Below the pieces are notes generated by a model. It was not told where the DNA came from. It was given only the letters and a program-made list of their open reading frames with translations, and searched no databases. A DNA stretch of 64,000 bases from Chrysomallon squamiferum (taxonomy: Eukaryota > Animalia > Mollusca): assembly GCA_012295275.1 (NCBI GenBank), contig CM022668.1, positions 1,612,001 through 1,676,000 on the forward strand, written 5' to 3'. The translations under genes and the position numbers were made by a program. Shown one piece after another: positions 15,994-30,522 of the stretch; positions within the stretch are counted from its first letter, which is position 1; each line of letters starts with the position of its first letter.

Positions 15994-16783
15994 CCTTCTA
16001 CATTCATTTTTTATTTAATATTTTTTCTTATTATCTATTACTTTTATTTTATTTTACCTTTTTATTTTTTTTTTTTTTTTTGTTAGGAAATCATTAAAAT
16101 ACACAATTGTGATAACAAACACAGAAGTCAAATAATGACTTAGATAGTTTACATGACAGACAGGTAAAACAATACATTGTTTCCATGACAACTGATTAAA
16201 GATTTGGATCATTCACTGAAAGCATTTCTGAGTGTTTGCTAACATTTGTTAACATTTGGTACCAGCCAAAAAAAGTCTATAAAGGTGTTTTATTTTTTGA
16301 ATACTCTTTTGTGAGAAGAAAGAAAATTTGAAAATCTGTTACCATAGCAACAGTGCCTTTTCTTAGATGGCACCGTGCTATTTTCTAACATTAAACTGAC
16401 ATGACTTGGAACCAGTCCAGCTGAAATGAAGAAGAAAGGAAAAGCATGGATAACTTTTTTTTTCAATCTATTTTGGTATAGAATAAAAGTGCTACAGTTA
16501 GCTTCATAATGATGGTAGTTTTCAATATCTATCTGATAAAAAATAAATGATTGAGCTTATTATTTGTTGTATTTTATTTTTTTAAAGCCTGGTAAGAAAG
16601 TTATAAGTTTTATAAAACCAAGTATTTTTCTACTACTTTCCAGACTCTTCTTTTGGTTAACACGAAGCACCTGTTTTGTTTGGTAATAATGGAATGTGTG
16701 GTAGAGAAAATAGCATGCAGTAATTTAAAAACCAGTTGCAACAATTTGCAAAAGAAGCAAGAAGAAAACCTTAGTCGAGTGAT

Positions 16784-16858
16784 ATGTTGAACAAAATTCA
16801 GAAACCTTTTGTAAAAATTATTACTAAAATGCTCCGATGTGTCAAAAATACTTTCAAG
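16784..16858 (+). CDS. Candidate alternative start exon A of the large gene (MLNKIQKPFVKIITKMLRCVKNTFK; exon 16644-16858)
   Basis: Acceptor CTTTCCAG ending at 16643, in-frame ATGs at 16784 and 16829, donor AAG|GTAAGA in phase 0, which is compatible with the exon at 32826. Confidence 0.45.
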
Positions 16859-17140
16859 GTAAGATATTATTTTGTTAATTACCTGCTGAACCTTATTTTT
16901 AAAATAACAAACTTTTATTCTCTTGGTTTTAAAAAGTATCTTTAAAGAAACACAAAGCCACGAAAATGTTGTTTTATGTATGATGCTAGTAATTATTACT
17001 GTTTTAATTTTCTTAAATTCACAAATATTATCTGCATTAGTTTAGGCAATTCATTTGGTGATGTAAGAAAGGTTGATTCCAAAACATTTCTTAAGAATTT
17101 GATTTGTCTTTCTTGTAGAGTTTCAAAGTGATTGTATATT

Positions 17141-18029
17141 TAGGTTGTAAAATGAAACTTAAATTGTTTAGTTTATAACATGAAAGTTAAATTGTTTAGT
17201 TGTAACATTATAGTTAAATTGTTAAGTTTGTAATAAGAAAGTTAAATTGTTTAGTTTGTAACATGAAAGTTAAATTGTTTAGTTTGTAACATGAAAGTTA
17301 AATTGTTTAGTTGTAACATGAAAGTTAAATTGTTTAGTGTGTAATATGAAAGTCAAATTGTTTAGTTTGTAACATGAAAGTTAAATTGTTTAGGTTGTAA
17401 CTTATTTAGAACATGAAAGTCAAATTGTTTAGTTGTAACATGAAAGTTAAATTGTTTAATTGTAATATGAGTTAAATTGTTTAGGTTGTATCATGAAAGT
17501 TAAATTGTTTAATTGTAACATGAGTTAAATTGTTTAGTTTGTAACATGAAATTTAAATTGTTTAGTTGTAACATTATGGTTAAATTGTTAAGTTTGTAAT
17601 AAGAAAGTTAAATTGTTTGGTTTGTAACATGAAAGTTAAATTGTTTAGTTCTAACATGATAGTTAAATTGTTTAGTTTGTAACATGAAAGTTAAATTGTT
17701 TAAATTGTTTGTAACATGAAAGTTAAATTGTTTAGTGTTGTTTGGTTTGTAATATGAAAGTTAAATTGTTTAGTTTGTAATATGATGAAAGTTAAATTGT
17801 TTAGTTTATCATGAAAGTTAAATTGTAACATGAAAGTTAAATTGTTTAGGTTGTAACATGAAAGTTAAATTGTTTAGTGTGTAATATGAAAGTTAAATTG
17901 TTTAGTGTGTAATATGAAAGTTAAATTGTTTAGTGTGTAATATGAAAGTCAAATTGTTTAGTGTGTAATATGAAAGTTAAATTGTTTAGTGTGTAATATG
18001 AAAGTCAAATTGTTTAGTTGTAACATGAA
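17141..18029 (+). repeat. 27-28 bp minisatellite AACATGAAAGTTAAATTGTTTAGTTTGT, ~30 copies
   Basis: Directly visible tandem array in the intron after exon A. Confidence 0.95.
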
Positions 18030-19885
18030 GCTTAGATTGCTTCCTAGATAATTTCAGTGGAAGCTGATTCACCGACAACAGTATTTAGAAAGCTTTAATA
18101 TGAAAACATTATTATGATTTTGACAGTTTCTCTCTTTGGTTATAAATAATCATGAATTTGTGCATAAGTACATTTACCCAAAGTACAGAGAGTAGATTAT
18201 GTAATACTTTCAGACACACATACACATAGACACCAATTTCAGGATCAATTCTAAATAGTTTAATGTAATGTAATTTATTTTTATTGCTGCAAGTTCCTTA
18301 TTATAATATCAGTACACTACACAAGAATCACAAACGCACACAAACACACACACACACACACACATATACACTGACACATATTCACAGAGACATATACACA
18401 TAGACACAGGGTTTCATAATCAATTCTCACTGATGATCTTACTGAAGTTACTTCAGCTAGTTGTCATAAATAGTTTATTGTATTTTACTTTGTTTTTTTA
18501 TACAGACATGTTAACTTTGATATTATACATATCTGTCTGTCTATTGACTTTGTTCTTATTGACATACATACACACTCAGAAAAGTTCATCTGTATTTTAT
18601 TTTACATTTCTCTGCATGAAATGATATCACTTTATTATTAGTAAAGATCCAACAGCAAGTTAAGTCACATAACAGGATATAAAATACTTGTACATACTTG
18701 AAGATACATTTAGAAGAAAATTTGAGAAAGTTACAATACACTGTTTGATTATTAAATGTATTAAAGCAAAAAATAAATAAGGAGGAAAATGAAAGAAAAA
18801 AGAAGAAAAATAAATCATATTACATATCACTTTAAAAGAAACATTTACAGTTAATATTTTCAGTTCAGTATTAAAGACAACATTAGAATAAAATTATTAA
18901 TTTAGGCTGTTCACAGAGACATGAGTCAGTATTCTGTGTTTGAGGAATTCAAAGATTGCTAGTGATAGAGCTGAAAACTTACATTAATCTTGAAATGAGG
19001 AATTTGAATAATGTCACTGATAATCAGAATCAGTCTTTTAGAAATTCTTGTTTTATGATTTCACTAAGCTGTTCAGAAGAAGAAACCATTTTAATTTATT
19101 GTAAAGTGAATCACATCTGAATGATCAGAATCAAGATTTTTTTTAGACATAGCTTCCTTCCTGTTATTATTTGTGTATGTTTTTCCTTTTTAATGAAAAT
19201 GAATGTAATTATTCTTTCACTGATATGTTTCAATATGTTTATTTGTATCTGTGAGCCAGCCATATTGTCTTTGTCTTTGTTTGTATGTTCGTGTGTATGT
19301 GTGAAAATTCAGACATATTTCTCCATGGGTTTGTGCAAGGATACCATTACACTTAATGTTAATGAGTAATGTTTTTGTTATTTGTTAAATTTTAATTTGT
19401 CATCAAAAAGGAATTTTTATTACTTGACACAAATATCAATTTCATATATGTGATTCACATTATAAATTGTTTCTCTGTCTGTCTGCTGGACTTGGCTTTA
19501 AGAAATACATTCCTTGATAAATTGTTAATGAACTATAGATTTGCTTTGTTTAATATTTAATTTTTTAAAAACAATTCTTTTTTCTTATTGTTCTATTTTA
19601 AATTTTCATCATGTTTCTATTACACCTGCTTATCCTGCTTATCCACTGACTTTGTAAAATTATCAGATTTTCCTTTTCCATCCAGTTTTGTTTGTTTATG
19701 AAACCAGCTTATCCCAAACATTTGTGTGTTGATTTCTTGATATGGTAAACATTAGTGGGAATTAGAGGAATATTTTTGTTATCTGCAAATTTCTCCTCTC
19801 ACAAATCACCTCTGTTCACCTTTAACCTGAAGAAATATCACTGCACCCTCCCCTGGAGTTGTTTTGGTTCCTTTCATTCATTATC

Positions 19886-20101
19886 TGACCTTTGACCCTG
19901 GAGACATCATGCAGTTTGTTATCTCTTTAGCAGGATCATCTTGCAAAGGTACCATCTTAGGATTCCAGTCAGCTCAGTCCATTAATACAGGGGTGACAGG
20001 TTGGTGCTGCTGGGAAGTGAAGTGTGAAGTTTATAAATATACATAGCTAATTGCTTAAAGAGAAAGTAGGTTTTCAAAACACATAATAACCATTATAAAT
20101 A
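19886..20101 (+). promoter_or_regulatory. Candidate promoter upstream of exon B: DR1 element and TATA-like boxes
   Basis: TGACCTTTGACCC (nuclear receptor DR1) at 19886-19898. TATAAATA at 20032-20039 and 20094-20101. Confidence 0.35.
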
Positions 20102-20277
20102 TAACTGGTAGCTTGGCACCAGGCCTCCTGCATAGTTGAAAATGTCACTGTGTGTTGACAGCCTGCAGTCCCTGTAGTTGATAATGACAGTTGTTATTCT
20201 GAACATGTTACAGAAAGTCACTGATGGAGATTTACTGGTAGATGTTACTGGTGTTTGTGAGTGTGGAAAGTTGCGTG

Positions 20278-20370
20278 AAATGATGACTAATGTTTGGAAA
20301 ACGGTACAAGCAGTTGAAACTCTCAAATGATGACTAATGTTTGGAAAACGGTACAAGCAGTTGAAACTCT
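20278..20370 (+). repeat. Perfect tandem duplication (47-nt period)
   Basis: AAATGATGACTAATGTTTGGAAAACGGTACAAGCAGTTGAAACTCT at 20278-20323 and again at 20325-20370. Confidence 0.95.
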
Positions 20371-20411
20371 GAAAACAGTGGCATGAGAAAGACTTTGGTT
20401 CTATTTCCAGC

Positions 20412-20441
20412 ATGAAGAAGTTTGCACGCAACTTTCTCAAG
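20412..20441 (+). CDS. Candidate alternative start exon B of the large gene (MKKFARNFLK)
   Basis: AGCATG start context, 10 codons, strong donor AAG|GTGAGT in phase 0. Splices in frame to 32826, giving MKKFARNFLK-SADEKLRN. TATA-like motifs and a DR1 lie upstream. Confidence 0.55.
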
Positions 20442-21614
20442 GTGAGTTTGACATGTGATTCACATCTGACCCTGTCTGGCTCTACCAGTTCTCATTTTGT
20501 TTTCATTTCATCCCTGTTTTTCCTACCATATGTCTTCTCTGACTGTTTGTCTGAAGGTTACTTTATTATGTTTTGCTCCAAAATGGACCTCTGCTTCTTA
20601 ATTATATTTACTGAGATTTTATTTAGAAATGATTCTTATTTTTATTTATTTATTTATTTATTTATTTTTTTTTTTGTCTGGTGTGTGTGATAATATAGAA
20701 TCAAGAACATGAAATAGCAATTAGTGTTGTTATTTCACATGGACGTGGTAGAAGGTGATGTTATTATACAGATTTAACAGATTTTATATAAAAAACATTT
20801 AGTAGATAATTAGTGAGATGTTATTAGATTGGATAAACATTGAAATACCTCCTCACTGCATAATGAATAATGTTTATATTCTGACTGGATAATTAAAAAC
20901 AGACTTCTATAATTAACTCTTGTTCTTATCTCTTTGTGATTGGTTAATCACTAACAGTTTTAACAATTCTGATTGGATAATAGTATAAACTTTGTAAATG
21001 CAGTTGTAATTGGATGATGCAAATTACAGATGAATTATGGAAGAACCAAGAAAGATGTTAAAGATTAAGAAAATATTCAATGAAAAAAAAAAATTCATTA
21101 ATATTTTGTTGTTTTGTTTAAATTGTTAACAAATAGCTTTAAAAAAAGTAATGGGTTGTGTTCTTGTAATTTTAAACATATTATTTGAAATCATGTGAAA
21201 GTCTGAAAATAGATTTTTTTTTTGTCTTTTCTAGAATATTCTTTAACTGTGTTTGTCATTATTAATATTTTTTTAATTCTCTCTGCATGTGTGTGTGTGT
21301 GTGTGTGTGTTGTGTGTGTGTTTTATGTCTGTTCTTATTAAATATATTTGTTGTTTTTCAATTTCTCTATTAAAGTCATAAACCACTGAAATTTAGTTTT
21401 TAAATGTTTTTTTTTTTTAAAATTTTAAATAAATATTTTATTACCAAAAAATGTTAATTTAATATTGCATGATTTTGAATTCTGGAATTATTTTGAATGG
21501 CTTTACCACAGAGTAACATAAAATCTCTTCAATAAGCAAATAGGCCTTTTCATTCTGTCATATTAATCATAAAATATAACATAAATATGTAAAAATGTCA
21601 CTGAGAGAGCAACC

Positions 21615-21735
21615 ATCAGTTATAAAACAACATACATCAGTTATAAAACAACATACATCTGTTATAAAACAACATACATCTGGATAAAACAACAAACATC
21701 TGTTATAAAACAACATACATCAGGACAAACAACAA
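21615..21735 (+). repeat. ~21-bp minisatellite CATCWGTTATAAAACAACATA, ~5 copies
   Basis: Directly visible. Confidence 0.85.
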
Positions 21736-23429
21736 ACATATGCACCAAGACAAAATAAAAATGACAAAACAAACAACAACAGCAACAACAATGAAATGAA
21801 AATGTCAAGCTCTGTGTTCACTATTTATTATTTTATTGCAGTAGAGTTTAAAACAAAACAGTAAAATAACAAAATATATTTCACCCCTCTGTATTTACAA
21901 AAGAGAATTCAGGAAGTTTGTATGGATGGTAGTGTGAAATGTATTTGATTTAGAAGTTTCACCTAGTAGTGATGCAGAATTCACAAGTAAATGTAAAATT
22001 TCTGTGTTAATTTGACACTAAAGTGCAGATAATTGAAAATCTGTGTACATTAAGTCACTTCATAGTGACCTTTTACAAAACACTTCACTATGTAGGCAAA
22101 CTGTTATTTATGTGTTGGCTTTCACTGTCGCAACTGGACAAAACCGGATACACTTTTTGATAATTATGTAATTATGTTGTATTTGTTGAAATTATAGTTT
22201 GTTTTTTATTTATTGTTAAAAAAAATCTTTGTTTGATGGAATGATGGATGGTTGGATGTTCTGTGTTTAGTTAGTTCCAGATCTGTTATTACTGTTGTTT
22301 TTATTAATTAACTTTTTTGTTATTGTTTTTATTTGCTTAAAAAACAAATAATGGGAAGTCCAGTGTACAAATTGTTGTAGAGTCATTTTTATTTTTCAGT
22401 TCTGTCTGATTGCATGTCTAAATAATGAATAATGTAGTGGTAGTAGTTAGCTGTTTTATCAGAAGTTTGGTGTCATTCTAGTACTGTGCATAAGTTGTTT
22501 TTATCAGTTGTTTAGTCAGTACTTTATTTTATTTTATATTTTATTTTTAATTATTTATTTATTTATAGTGTGATTTTACTATTATTATTTTATTATTTGT
22601 TTTTTTTCCAGTGGTGAAGTAAAAGGATTATAATTTACATATTAGTTGTTTAAGCTCACAATGTTGTTGTTGTTTGTCTTTTTTTTTAATTAAAACAAAT
22701 AATAACAAAAAAGCAGTGGAATATTGTGTATTAATCATAATAAATTCACATTTTCTGTTTTTTATATGTAATACCACTGGTAACCAATGCAGCTGTATGT
22801 TTTCTGTACTAAACACATGGAGGTTGTTGAAGTTTGTTGTTTCGTACACCTGTTTTACTCCTCCTATCAGGGAGAATGATGTTTCCCAGTGGAGTGCAAA
22901 GTCAAACACCACACCAACCAGCATTCCAGCCATAACCATTAGACCAAATTACTGGCTCAATTTTTCACGTTAATTACCCTAATAAAACTAATTCTTGTTT
23001 TTAATTATCTCCGAGGTTTTTAACTGACATTTAGGAAGAAAGAAATAATCGTACTTAGTAGCTGCAGGGTTAAACAGATCTAAACAGATTTGAAAATATG
23101 TTAATTCTGTTTATTAATAAAGATGAAGAAATGTTTAAATTTAAAATAATTTAGTTTTTGTAGGGAATTCTGTTTGGCAAGAAGTATACAGTTCTCTCTT
23201 ACAGCTGATGTTGAAGTACTGTAAAAATAGAATTTATGAGACTTCATAGATCCAGCTCTTTTTTTCATCAGTCTAATCTTATCAGGTAGCGAAATAGCTG
23301 GGACATTTAGACAGAAAAATAATCAAGTTAGAAACAAATCTTACTAGCATTTATTTTTGTAATATAGTAAGTCAATATCACAGTATATAACAGAATTAAA
23401 AATACTGAATCTGGTTTTACTACATATTA

Positions 23430-23570
23430 TTTGTGAAGTACACATTAGTTATGAAGTACACATTACTTATGAAGTACATTTTACTTGTGAAGTATACTTT
23501 ACCTGTAAAGTACACATTACTTGTGAAGTATACTTGTGAAATACACATTACATGTGAAGTATACATCATT
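23430..23570 (+). repeat. 18-bp minisatellite TGAAGTACACATTACTTG-like, ~7 copies
   Basis: Directly visible; it explains the spurious MKYTLL-repeat ORF at 23433. Confidence 0.85.
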
Positions 23571-25874
23571 TCTAAAACACACACACACTACTTTATTAGC
23601 TACATATTAGGTATTTGATTTAACATAAGTATCATTTAGTTTTTGATAAAGACAATTTAGAAAATAAATTAAAAAGTTTTATATGTAAAAGTTGTGTGTA
23701 GGTATGTGTGTATGTGCATGTGTGTATGTGTTATGTGTGTGTATGTGTGTGTATGGGCATGTGTGTATGAATTATCATAAACATATTTAATATAGCTCCT
23801 TCTAAACTAATTTATAACTGAGTTATATTTTAGCAGAGTTTCTGTACAGTTTTTTAACATTTCTTTATTTCAAATATTTCAAACACAGAGATTACAAAAT
23901 TAAATCGGCATTGATATAAATGTGTTTAAAGTAAAATGTAATTACAGATAAATTGTGTTGTTGGTTACGTGTGAGTAAATGACTTCAGACTGATACATAA
24001 AACAAATTTCCTCTGTAGCCAGGTGTTTCCTGCTCTTTCTAAAAATATGTGCACAGGTGAGGCCAGTTAATCATACACAGCAATTCTTGTCGCCATGGAA
24101 ATCAAGCATGTAGCTTGGCAAGTGTGCCAATATGATTTCATTGCAGGCATTTTGAAGTCTGAGCCAAGAATCACTGTTTAGTTTTACATGTGTAATCATT
24201 TCATAACAGTATACTGTATTGGTTAGTCAGTTTGTGGTCTTTGAAATAATAATGTAATAGTTTTGTTGCATCCAAACTTTTATCTACCAAGGTCCAAGTT
24301 TATTTAAATTAATATCACTGAGATCCCAGGATTTTGAAGCTGTGTCTGCTCAATTAGCTGATTATATTACCTAACAATGCACTTATTTTACAGATTCATC
24401 TGTTATCTGAAAGATATGTAAGTGAAAATGCAAGTAAACATATAAGCAACTATTTTTTTTAAAGTTTATCAGTCTCATTACAAGTATCCATTCATTTTAT
24501 ATTACTGAGCCTTGGAGTATTGAAGTTACCTCATGGACACTATCTTTGTGGAACACCAGAGCCCATGAAACAAGATTGCTGCTGAATTATAAACCAAGAT
24601 CAGAATGCAAGTATTTTACACATGGATGACTTTTTAAAAAAGGTCTCTCATTATTTTAATGTTACCTGTTGAAAGGTCTATAGATACAGTTACTGCATAC
24701 TGATGATATGAGAGATGAATCCACTTGTTTCCATGGGTTGCTCTAGCAGCAACCAGTTTTTATAATATACAGCCTCCTATACAGCATTCCATGCCAATCT
24801 GACACACAAGAAATGTTTTTGAGTGTCAGTGATTGTACAAGAAAATTCTTAAACAAACCATACAGGAAGAAGCTTTCATATTTCATAATTAAGCTAAATT
24901 ATTTATTGCAAACAACTGACTTTTATAAAATGCCTACAGACAATTAAATTAATAATAAATAAATAAATAAATAAATAAAAAGTCAGAGTTAAAAAAAATT
25001 AATTATAATACAAAGAGTAAGTAAATGAGTTAAAGTAAATTTAAATAGATTATATAGATAGACAGATAAACAGACAGACAGACAGATAAATAGATACAAA
25101 TATAGAAATAGATGTATATTAATATGAGCAGTAGACAACATGGAAACAGACAAAGTCAAGTCTGTCTGCTTCATATCTACCTACCATGATAACCTGTAAT
25201 GGTTGCCACGGTAACAGTGTCAAATCAAATCCTTTAATTTTGGCTTACATCTTGCCTGCCTGTGGATGATGTTTGTGAGATTACAAGTGTTGTGTTGCCA
25301 TGTCAATGTAAACAAATATTACCTTATCAGCCTCAGAAATTTTTTTTTATATATATTTTTAGAAACTTCTTCTGATAACATTTAGAGATTTCTGTGCTAG
25401 AAAGAAAAAACTACTAAAACTGTTAGGTTGCCAAGACCTGACTCTGGACCCGCCATTTGTATAATAAATCTTAGAGAAGGCTAATGGACTTACATAGAGC
25501 TTGTGCTGATATGATACAGTTTTCTGACAAGTTACAGTCTGGACTTGTAAAGAGATCTGTCATATTAATACATGCATTAGAGAGAGGGCTGGTAATGCAC
25601 CATTTTCTAAGAGGGACCTATATTTTGTTTACTGTCGTTTTTGAGTCCATATTTCTGTTTAATTTTAAACCTGAAAAAAAAAAAACCCATTGTTATATAA
25701 GGCTCAGTAAAACAATTAAAAAAATTATGTCTGATTTTATTTAATCGTTAATATAATCATAATTTTTCTATGGTCTCTGTCGATGAGTTTTTTAATGCCA
25801 CATTCATAAGTTCCTAAGATTTACCTGGATATTTACTTTAAAAAACTGACAGAACTTTTGTTACAACCTCGTGG

Positions 25875-25915
<41 letters not shown>

Positions 25916-26600
25916 ATGTATTAATTAATGCATGTGACTATAACCATAAACTGTAAATGACATTATGACATCAGATATGCACAAAAATATCCATTCTTAT
26001 ACAAATCACAAAAGTATATTATTAACTAATTTATAGTTATAGAGCTAAACTATAATGATCAGAAGAAAAAAAGGGTTGAAAATGAAAAATGTTATATTTT
26101 AATAGAAATGACACAGTGCTGATGTCACTAAGTAATCTGGATGTTTGTAGCTCAGATTGTAAATGATTTTTCATGGATTCTTGTATTGCGGTTGCTAAGT
26201 GGGTCAAAGAAATGGATGTCACAGTGGCAGTTAAAATTTAAACACTTTTAAATTAAATCAAAATAATCTGAATACCCAATGCAGAATATTTATTGTTATT
26301 ATAGTTAGAATAGTAATATTTATTTTTCCATTAGATGATAAGAAACATTATTGTCAACTAATTCCTACATTGGGTTATTGTATGAGTCTTTTGAGAAAAA
26401 TTTTAAATATATGTTTTCCTCTAGTTTTTATAATTTATAATTTAAACAGTCTTCAGTTACCTGTATATATTTATATCCAGTTAATTTTGCTGTTTACTGT
26501 TTCCAGTTTTATTATTTAACAGAAATAAAAACTATAAATAACTGAATATTTGTCAGGTGAGGATATATTTAAGCCACTTGGAGAAATTTATTTTTACCAG

Positions 26601-26647
<47 letters not shown>

Positions 26648-26648
26648 G

Positions 26649-26686
<38 letters not shown>

Positions 26687-27235
26687 AAAAAATATATAAA
26701 GATTTAAAGGATGTAAAATATTTCTAATTGAGTAAAACTTTCAACATGAAGCTGTTTATCTTCATCATCACTTACTTATCAACATTTGACCTGAAAATGT
26801 GTTCACAGGAAAAAATAAATCTTGTGTTGATATGTCTAAACAGACTTGTTGGGATTTTAAACATAAACTGCCTGTGAAAAATTATTTATTTTGTCCATGA
26901 ACTGCTAGTTACAAAAACTGTTAGGTAAAGATTTAACACATCTTCCTTTCCTACACTTTCTATCTGTGATTTATTTTTTGCCTTTCGCTTCTCTTTTTTA
27001 TCTTTCTCTTTCTCCCTGACTCTGTCACTCTCTTTCTGTCTCTAATCACCACTCTGTTTTCTTATCTCATTCTTTCTTTGTCTTCCTTCTTATATGTTTT
27101 CTTCTTTAAATATTTTGCTGTGTTTTTATTTTTCTCTTCTCTGTGTTTCAGTCTATATTTTCTCATTTTTTTGTTCTGTATATCTAGTTTTCCTCATCTA
27201 TTCTCTCTCTCTTTCATTGGGTTTTATTTATCTTG

Positions 27236-27306
<71 letters not shown>

Positions 27307-29838
27307 GTTTATCTATTAATGTATCTGTGAATGTGTACAAGTGTGTCTTCTACTCAGTTTAATTATTTTATCAGTAACTAAAGATTTTCCTAAATATTCT
27401 TTCATTTTAACTTGTGAGAAATTATCATTAATGCCATATGTCTGCTGTTTAAATTATATGATTATGTCCCTGTGTTCCTCTGTAAGTGTGTATTTTTACA
27501 AATCAGGGTGTGCCTGCATGTACAAACCAGTGTGTTTGCAAATATAAACAAATCAAAATGATATAAATAATTGAAATGTGAAGCATTTTGCACACACACA
27601 CACACACACACACATGCAAAACACACAAAAATTTTTTTTTCCTTTGTGTTTTTGTTTATATTGTACACATAATGAACAAATTAATATAACTGATAATAAA
27701 TGACTAAATAACATAGTCTGTTCATTGTCATTCTTTAGATGAGTGTGTTATGTGTTATGCAGCATTATGTAATAAAATATCTCAACACACACACATACTC
27801 TGGTAAAACACAAACACACATATACACCTTTAAACATACACATATACATCTTTAAATATACAAACATACAGACATATACATATTAAAACATATACAGATA
27901 TACACAATTAAAACATACACATACACATACACATATATACACCATTAAAACACACACACATATACATATCATTAAAACTTTACACATATACATTAAAACA
28001 TACACATATACACCACTAAAACATATACACATAAACACCATTAAAACATACACACATATACATATTAAAACTTTACACAAAACATATAAAACACATAAAC
28101 ACCATTAAAATATACACACATACACCATTAAAACATATACATATATACACTGTTAAAACACACATAGAGACCATTAAAACATATAATACCATTAAAATCT
28201 ACTGATGTGTACATTATTAAGACATACATCATTGACATATATACACTTACCTCTTTAAAATACATTCACAGGCACTCCATTAAAATCAACATATATATAC
28301 ACATATATACACATGAAAGAAAATAATATATACACCTGTGATAGATAGATAGATTGAGAGAGAGAGAGAGAGAGAGAACAAAATTATACATAAATACATA
28401 CACCATTAACACACAAATAATATATATATATATACACATCATTAAACACACCAGAGAGAGAGAGAGAGAGAACAAAATTATACATAAATACATACACCAT
28501 TAACACACACATAATGACATATGCACATAAGGACCTAACCACACCAAATAAAACACAAAAGCAGAATCTTGTAAATACAAACATTGTGTAAGTTTGTGTT
28601 GTGCGTACACTAAACAGTATTTCACAAATACGTAAACACAAAGATGATGTAAACAAGTCTGTGTGTGTTGAGACGCTTAACAACACATGAGTGTGTCTGC
28701 AGTGGGAATTGTCCTCATCAACATCTCATTTCCACACTGAACAGGTGAGTTTGTAGGTTTGGGGTTTTGGGGAAAAATTGTCTTATTTTATTGTATTTGG
28801 GTGAAAATAGGTGTTGAAGTGTATTTGAAAAAAATGATGTTATATATGAAAAATGGTGTTTTAGGCTGTATTCAGATGTGGAAAAATGTTAATGTTGTGT
28901 TTATGAAAATGGTGTTGGTATATTGTGTTTTGGCCAAAAATTGTGTTATATTTATTTGAGAGAAAAAAAAATGTAACACTGTATTTTGAAAAATTGTACA
29001 AGTGTTATTGTCTTAGATTTTTTTTGTACCATCTAAGTGTGTATAATGTTATGTCTGCATGTGTGTATGCCTCTGTATAGGTGGTGTATGTGTGTGTGTT
29101 TGTGTGTGCATTTGTGTGTTAGTGTATGTGAAAAGAGAGAGAAGAGATACATCAAAGCCATAGTTTATTTCCCTCATAGCTCTGTGATAGCACGTAGTGA
29201 GTGATATTTCATAAATAAACAAAAAGCTTAACAAAGTTCCTAGTATCAGCCAATCTAAGTTAGTCCAGTCATTCAGAATGTAACCTGGTCATACTCTGGG
29301 AACTGTAATGATAACCGAGTTTAAATATACAAATATACCCAGAGAGGGCCTCACAGTGGAGCAAGGTAAAGAGTAAAATCTTCATCATGGATGCTGGGAT
29401 CTGGTTTCCAAATTTAGCCATGTCAGTTTTAAACTGTGAAAGTCAGTGAGAAAGGTTTCTCATTAAATCTGAGGTAACTCACATACCTACACACACTGAC
29501 AAAGAAGCATGGAAGAAGCACTGCTGTGTTTGTCTTTTCAACGATGACTTTTTGTTTTCTTCTTTGTGAGTGAGAGGAAAGTGGCAGATTGGGAATACTA
29601 AAATGTGGTAAGTGTCTGTGTATGTTTTTATATTTACCTGAGTTGTCACTTATCTTTGTTTTACAAGCTATTTTCTGTAACACCTGTTATTAACAGTATT
29701 CTGAAGTTCCAAATTATACATATATACATACACATACATAAATACACACACACACACACACACATAATACATAGATACATACATACAAACATACAAACAT
29801 ACAAACATACATATATATATATATATATATACAATCTC

Positions 29839-29892
<54 letters not shown>

Positions 29893-30490
29893 TACACATG
29901 CATAGAAACATTAAAAATAAATGACAAAAATGAATAAATACATTTATCTACAACTCAGGAAATCTATTTTCTGTCGTGGTATTTTATTACACTGATTATT
30001 AATTTATTTTATTTTTTATTTGTTATTGTTTTACTATTTTTTATTTAATGTTTTTGATTTTATTATTGTTATTAAAAGTATTATCATCATTATCTTCATC
30101 ATCTTTTTCCATCTCAAGTGCTATTTGGTATGGTGCACCACAGTTAATGATTTCAGTGCCTGCCAGACTTGACATCCCTAGATTATTCAAGAGATGTTTC
30201 ATTATCAAGAATTTCCTGTTTCTCATTTCAAACAGACTGCTGTACCCAGACTGATCCATGTTTACTTTCATTTGTAATATTCAAAGAAATTCTAAACTTT
30301 CTTCTTACATCAAAGTTTGTCCAGGACCTGACAGACATGTCTGTCTCTGTAATTACCAAGTCACCAGCAGATTTCACACACTGGCTTCATTTCAAGACTT
30401 TGATCCTAATCATGGTAGCCATAAACCACTTTGTTCCTACCTCCAGACACTCTTATCATACATTTTGTTCATATGTACATTCATACATAC

Positions 30491-30522
<32 letters not shown>

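Noticed and set aside
17141-18029. Regularly spaced repeats (also 33067, 53713, 58092) as CRISPR-like arrays
   Set aside because: Units are head-to-tail with no unique spacers, there are no cas genes, and the context is a eukaryotic intron.
28759-28959. MKNGVLGC, resembling the calponin-homology LxNGVxLC motif
   Set aside because: It lies in a degenerate GAAAAATGGTGTT repeat just after a splice donor, with no other CH-domain residues.
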